Source: an uncultured Actinomycetes bacterium | GTDB lineage: Bacteria > Actinomycetota > Thermoleophilia > Gaiellales > JAICJC01 | DNA length: 64,000 nt | NCBI GenBank assembly: GCA_963809205.1 | Contig: CAWEIS010000025.1 | Span: forward strand, 108,445-172,444 | Direction: 5' to 3' | Shown here: positions 57,699 to 64,000 of the stretch, piece after piece | How positions within the stretch are numbered: position 1 is the stretch's first letter | How the letters are laid out: the number at the start of each line of letters is the position of its first letter | The notes under the pieces: generated by a model | Seen by the model: the letters and a program-made list of their open reading frames with translations, nothing else | Told to the model about the DNA's origin: nothing | The model's database searches: none | Program-made: the position numbers and the translations under genes

Positions 57699-58670
57699 AT
57701 GCTGCGCTTCGTCGTCCGCCGCCTGATCGCCATGGTCGCCGTGATGTTCGCGATCACCGTTCTGGTGTTCCTGATCTTCTTCGCGACGCCGGGCGTCGAC
57801 CCCGCCCGCCAGCTTGCCGGCCGGAACCCGAACCCCGAGACGATCGCGCTGATCCGCCACCAGTTCAGCCTCGACAAGCCCCTGCCGGTTCGGTACCTGG
57901 TGATGATGAAGAAGCTCTTCATCAGCCGCGACCTGGTCTCCTACTCGAACCAGGGGCAGAAGGTGACGCCGCAGATCTTCGAGGCGATGCCGGTCACGCT
58001 CTCCCTGGTGTTCGGGGCGACGGTGATCTGGCTGGGGCTCTCGCTCATCCTGGGGCTCGCCTCGGCGATGCTGAAGGGCACGATCTTCGACCCATTACTC
58101 ATGATCCTCGCGCTGATCGGGATCTCGATCCCGGTCTTCTGGCTGGGCGAGGTGGCGAACCTGGTGACGCAGAGCCGCTACCACGACACCTTCCTGTTCT
58201 CGTGGGTGCCACCGCTCGGCTACGTCTCGCTGACGTCCGACCCGGTCGGCTGGTTCAAGGCGCTGCTGATCCCGTGGTTCGTGCTGGCCGCCGTCTACAT
58301 CGGCCTGTACGCGCGCGTGTTGCGGGCGACGCTGCTCGAGGTGCAGACCGAGGATTACATCCGTACGGCCCATGCGAAGGGCCTGTCCGGCCGGCGGGTG
58401 CTGATCCGCCACACGCTGCGCACCTCGCTGATCACCGTGGTCAGCCTGTTCGGCCTCGACTTCGGCGTGCTGGTCGGCGGCGCGACGCTGCTGGTCGAGG
58501 TCGTGTTCGGGCTGCAGGGCGTCGGCTACCTGACCTACCTTTCGCTGCGCGCGCTCGACCTACCGGTGATCATGGCGACCGTGATCTACGGCGCGTTCTT
58601 TGTCGTGCTGGCCAACGCCATGGTGGACGTCGCGTACGCCTGGCTCGACCCGCGAGTCAGGCTGGCATAG
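57699..58670 (+). CDS. peptide ABC transporter permease (DppB/OppB-like)
   Basis: 323 aa with the MLRFVVRRLIAMVAVMF N-terminus and YIRTAHAKGLSGRRV. Confidence 0.88.
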   Translation: MLRFVVRRLIAMVAVMFAITVLVFLIFFATPGVDPARQLAGRNPNPETIALIRHQFSLDKPLPVRYLVMMKKLFISRDLVSYSNQGQKVTPQIFEAMPVTLSLVFGATVIWLGLSLILGLASAMLKGTIFDPLLMILALIGISIPVFWLGEVANLVTQSRYHDTFLFSWVPPLGYVSLTSDPVGWFKALLIPWFVLAAVYIGLYARVLRATLLEVQTEDYIRTAHAKGLSGRRVLIRHTLRTSLITVVSLFGLDFGVLVGGATLLVEVVFGLQGVGYLTYLSLRALDLPVIMATVIYGAFFVVLANAMVDVAYAWLDPRVRLA

Positions 58671-58673
58671 GAG

Positions 58674-59698
<1,025 letters not shown>

Positions 59699-59702
<4 letters not shown>

Positions 59703-60706
59703 GCGAGAACGGCGGCGGCGAGCCGCTGCTCTCCGCGCGGGAGGTCAAGAAGTACTTCCCGATCAAGGAGGGCACGCTGATCCAGCGCGAGGTCGCGCGG
59801 GTGCATGCCGTCGACGGCGTCAGCCTCGACCTGTTCGGCGGTGAAACGGTCGGCCTGGTCGGCGAGTCGGGCTGCGGGAAGTCGACGTTCGGGCGCTGCG
59901 TGATCCGGTTGTACGACCTGACCGAGGGCACGGTGACGTTCGACGGTCAGGACATCACGACCCTCAACCGCAAGCAGATGCGGCCGCTGCGCCGGGAGAT
60001 CCAGATGGTTTTCCAGGATCCGTACGCCAGCCTGAACCCGCGCAAGCGGGTCGGCCAGATCATCTCCGACCCGATGCGCATCCACCACATCGGCGGTGAC
60101 ATCAAGCGCAAGACGCAGGAGCTGCTGGAGCGCGTCGGCCTGTCGCCCGAGCACTACAACCGCTATCCGCACGAGTTCTCCGGCGGCCAGCGGCAGCGGA
60201 TCGGCGTTGCCCGCGCGCTCGCGCTCAATCCGAAGCTGATCGTGGCGGATGAGCCGGTCTCGGCGCTCGACGTGTCGATCCAGGCGCAGGTCGTGAACCT
60301 GCTGGACGACCTGCAGGACGAGTTCGACCTGACGTATCTGTTCATCGCGCACGACCTGGCCGTGGTGCGCCACGTGTCCGACCGGATCGCAGTCATGTAC
60401 CTGGGCAAGATCGTCGAGGTGTCACCGGCCGAGGAGCTGTACCAGCGGCCGATCCACCCGTACACCGAGGCGCTGCTCTCGGCGGTGCCGATCCCCGATC
60501 CCGAGCTGGCGTCGCAGCGCGAGCGGATCGTGCTGGAGGGCGACGTGCCCAGCCCGATCACCCCGCCCAGCGGCTGCCGGTTCCATCCCCGGTGCCGCTA
60601 CGCGACCGAGATCTGCGCTGCCGAGGACCCGCCGCTCATCGACCACGGCGACGGCCACGTCGCCGCTTGCCACCACCCGTTGAACGTCGGCGCGGACGCC
60701 CACTGA
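59699..60706 (+). CDS. peptide ABC transporter ATP-binding protein (DppF/OppF-like)
   Basis: GTG at 59699 overlaps the upstream stop. Walker [10 protein letters not shown], signature [12 protein letters not shown], and CRFHPRC. Confidence 0.9.
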
Positions 60707-60732
60707 AAAAACGGGGTCAGACCCCGTTTTTT
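60706..60732. terminator. bidirectional intrinsic terminator AAAAAACGGGGTC-A-GACCCCGTTTTTT
   Basis: Perfect 13-bp arms with A6 and T6 flanks, beginning at the last base of the stop codon. It shares the GGGGTCNGACCCC core with the other elements. Confidence 0.85.
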
Positions 60733-60784
60733 CACGATGGCGTCGTCACTCATGCCGTCCGCGCTCCGGTCGATGATCTGCTGC

Positions 60785-62053
60785 ATGGTGGGGAGGATTG
60801 GATGTCTGGCGCTGGCGGCGGTCGCGCTGGCCGCCGGCTGCTCTGGCGGTTCGTCGTCGCCGAGCTCGGGCGCCTCGTCGGGTGCGCCCCAGGAGACCGA
60901 CTTCGACCGCTACCAGGCATCCGCGCCGGTGGCCGCCCGCTACGTGCGGGCGCTGGCCGTTGGCAACATGGACACCGCGCACAGCCTGGCCGATCAGGGG
61001 AACGGGGCGGCCGCCAACGCCTTGACACGGCTGGAGCAGCGGGTCAGGGCGATCCCGATCGCCGCGGCGCAGGTCAAGTCGGGCTACCGCACCGGCATGA
61101 CGCAGTACGGCCGCGACTTCGCAACCGTCCCGGTCACCATCCGGGTGAAGCTCTCGCACGCCGCGCCGACGGAGTGGGTGCTGCTCGGCAAACGCGACCT
61201 GCTCATGCATAGGTCGGACGACGGGTGGAGGGTCGTGGGAGACGTGACCGGCCGAAACGGCGTCGTCTCCGGCGGAATGTTCCTGTACACCCACCCGACG
61301 CTGCTCACGGGATCGCGCGCCACCGTCGTCTATGGACCCGGAACCGCGCGGGACGAGGCGCGGGAGATCCTCGCGCAGATGGATGCATCGGCGCCCGGGC
61401 TCGCGGCGCGCTACGGCGGCTCCGTCGCAGCGCAGCGCCCGCTGGCGTTCATCGTGAACGACCGGGTACAGGGCGAGCAGCTTTCCGGACGCGCCATCGG
61501 CGACGGCGCGGTACCTCTGGGAACGCTCGACCACAACGTGCTCTACATCTATCTGCGCCCGTACCAACGCGCCAGCACGATCATCCGCGACTCCTCGATG
61601 GTGTACCTGATGACGCTCCTTGCCGGCCGCTTCAACCTGTTCCACGCACCGTGGAGCCTGGCGATCGGTGTCGCCGGGTATGAGGAGATCCAGTACCTCA
61701 ACACCAAGGGCTACATCTCGACGCTCGCGCACCTCCAGGCTGCGTACCCTGGATACGACAGCGCAACGGTCTGGCGGTCGCAGGACGAGAACTGGGGGCT
61801 GAGCGGCGCGCGCCGGCGACTCGCGGTCGAGGACTCGCTGGCGGTCGTCCACGTGATCATCGCGAACCACGGCGGGAGCGCGGCGATCATCCGGCTGGGC
61901 AAGCAGTTCAGGCAGCAGCGCGTCCCGCCGGGATCGGACTTCTCGCCGGCCCAGGTGCGCAAGGCGTTCCAGGCCGCGCTCGGCGTGAGCTACGACCAGG
62001 TGCTCTCGGAGGCGCATTCATATGTCGCCGGCGGCACCTGGAAGTTCGGCTGA
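60785..62053 (+). CDS. lipoprotein of unknown function
   Basis: ATG at 60785 gives MVGRIGCLALAAVALAAGCSGG, a lipobox signal. The track start 60737 lies 5 nt after the terminator and is less likely. No family recognised. Confidence 0.7.
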   Translation: MVGRIGCLALAAVALAAGCSGGSSSPSSGASSGAPQETDFDRYQASAPVAARYVRALAVGNMDTAHSLADQGNGAAANALTRLEQRVRAIPIAAAQVKSGYRTGMTQYGRDFATVPVTIRVKLSHAAPTEWVLLGKRDLLMHRSDDGWRVVGDVTGRNGVVSGGMFLYTHPTLLTGSRATVVYGPGTARDEAREILAQMDASAPGLAARYGGSVAAQRPLAFIVNDRVQGEQLSGRAIGDGAVPLGTLDHNVLYIYLRPYQRASTIIRDSSMVYLMTLLAGRFNLFHAPWSLAIGVAGYEEIQYLNTKGYISTLAHLQAAYPGYDSATVWRSQDENWGLSGARRRLAVEDSLAVVHVIIANHGGSAAIIRLGKQFRQQRVPPGSDFSPAQVRKAFQAALGVSYDQVLSEAHSYVAGGTWKFG

Positions 62054-62112
62054 GCGGCGTCTCGTTGTCATCCTAGACAAGTGACGATCAGCACGTTCGT
62101 TGTCCGGCGCGC

Positions 62113-62140
62113 TTGACGTTCACGCCCCCGTCGGTATAGT
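62113..62140 (+). promoter_or_regulatory. candidate housekeeping-sigma promoter for rpoB: TTGACG - 16 nt - TATAGT
   Basis: The -35 is at 62113-62118 and the -10 at 62135-62140. This would give a leader of about 160 nt before the rpoB start. Confidence 0.5.
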
Positions 62141-62304
62141 GATCGAAGGCATACCCGCCGCGGCAGCTTGGCCGCATCCGTCGGGAGGCCACCCGCTGCT
62201 TGCGTGAGCAGGGAACGCCTGATAGGCTTCTCGGTTGCGCCGTTGGTCCGGAACCACGCCCACGCCATATCGATCCCCTAAATGCCCCGCGGGAGGCGTT
62301 CGCT

Positions 62305-64000
<1,696 letters not shown>

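Overview
Very GC-rich bacterial chromosomal segment. Gene content, GTG/TTG start usage and lipobox lipoproteins look Actinomycetota-like; the genus cannot be called by eye. I support about 60 protein genes, one tRNA and several RNA or regulatory structures. Three real genes are missing from the ORF track: an FAD oxidoreductase and rpoB (both run off the window edges) and rpmG (shorter than 60 aa).

Gene order, left to right:
- A partner-switching module: two STAS genes plus a GAF-PP2C-kinase fusion.
- An AfsR-like SARP/STAND regulator followed by a proline iminopeptidase.
- A MarR-divergent hydrolase cluster: LUD, amidinotransferase fold, M24 and CocE/NonD.
- A 12-kb carbohydrate or amino-sugar locus. 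It has a nine-gene minus-strand operon carrying its own ABC ATPase and a GntR regulator. A divergent SIS gene and a ROK + bicupin pair complete it.
- A sulfur/selenium-flavoured cluster: CDO-like cupin, SBP56/methanethiol-oxidase homolog, a His-motif membrane protein and a methyltransferase.
- Acyl-CoA synthetase and a citryl-CoA-lyase-like gene, then msrB, an ATP-dependent DNA ligase, MFS, MMPL, an ABC-2 exporter and an M42 peptidase.
- tRNA-Met followed by a visibly less GC-rich block: CHAD, zinc-ribbon-cyclase-STAND-TPR, MFS, a kinase-less membrane sensor and an OsmC remnant.
- The conserved rpmG-secE-nusG-rplKA-rplJL ribosomal region. An NlpC/P60 gene, an Opp/Dpp-type transporter and a lipoprotein lie between rplL and rpoB.

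The most striking sequence-level observation is that seven conserved genes are broken only by single-base insertions, about 35 in total, with a dense zone at 27.5-31.7 kb. This looks like insertion-biased assembly error rather than biology and should be resolved first. I see no CRISPR array, rRNA, transposase, integrase or recognisable defence system. The best candidates for something new are the tRNA-adjacent CHAD + cyclase-STAND block, the composite sugar locus and the SBP56 cluster. All three rest on inference.
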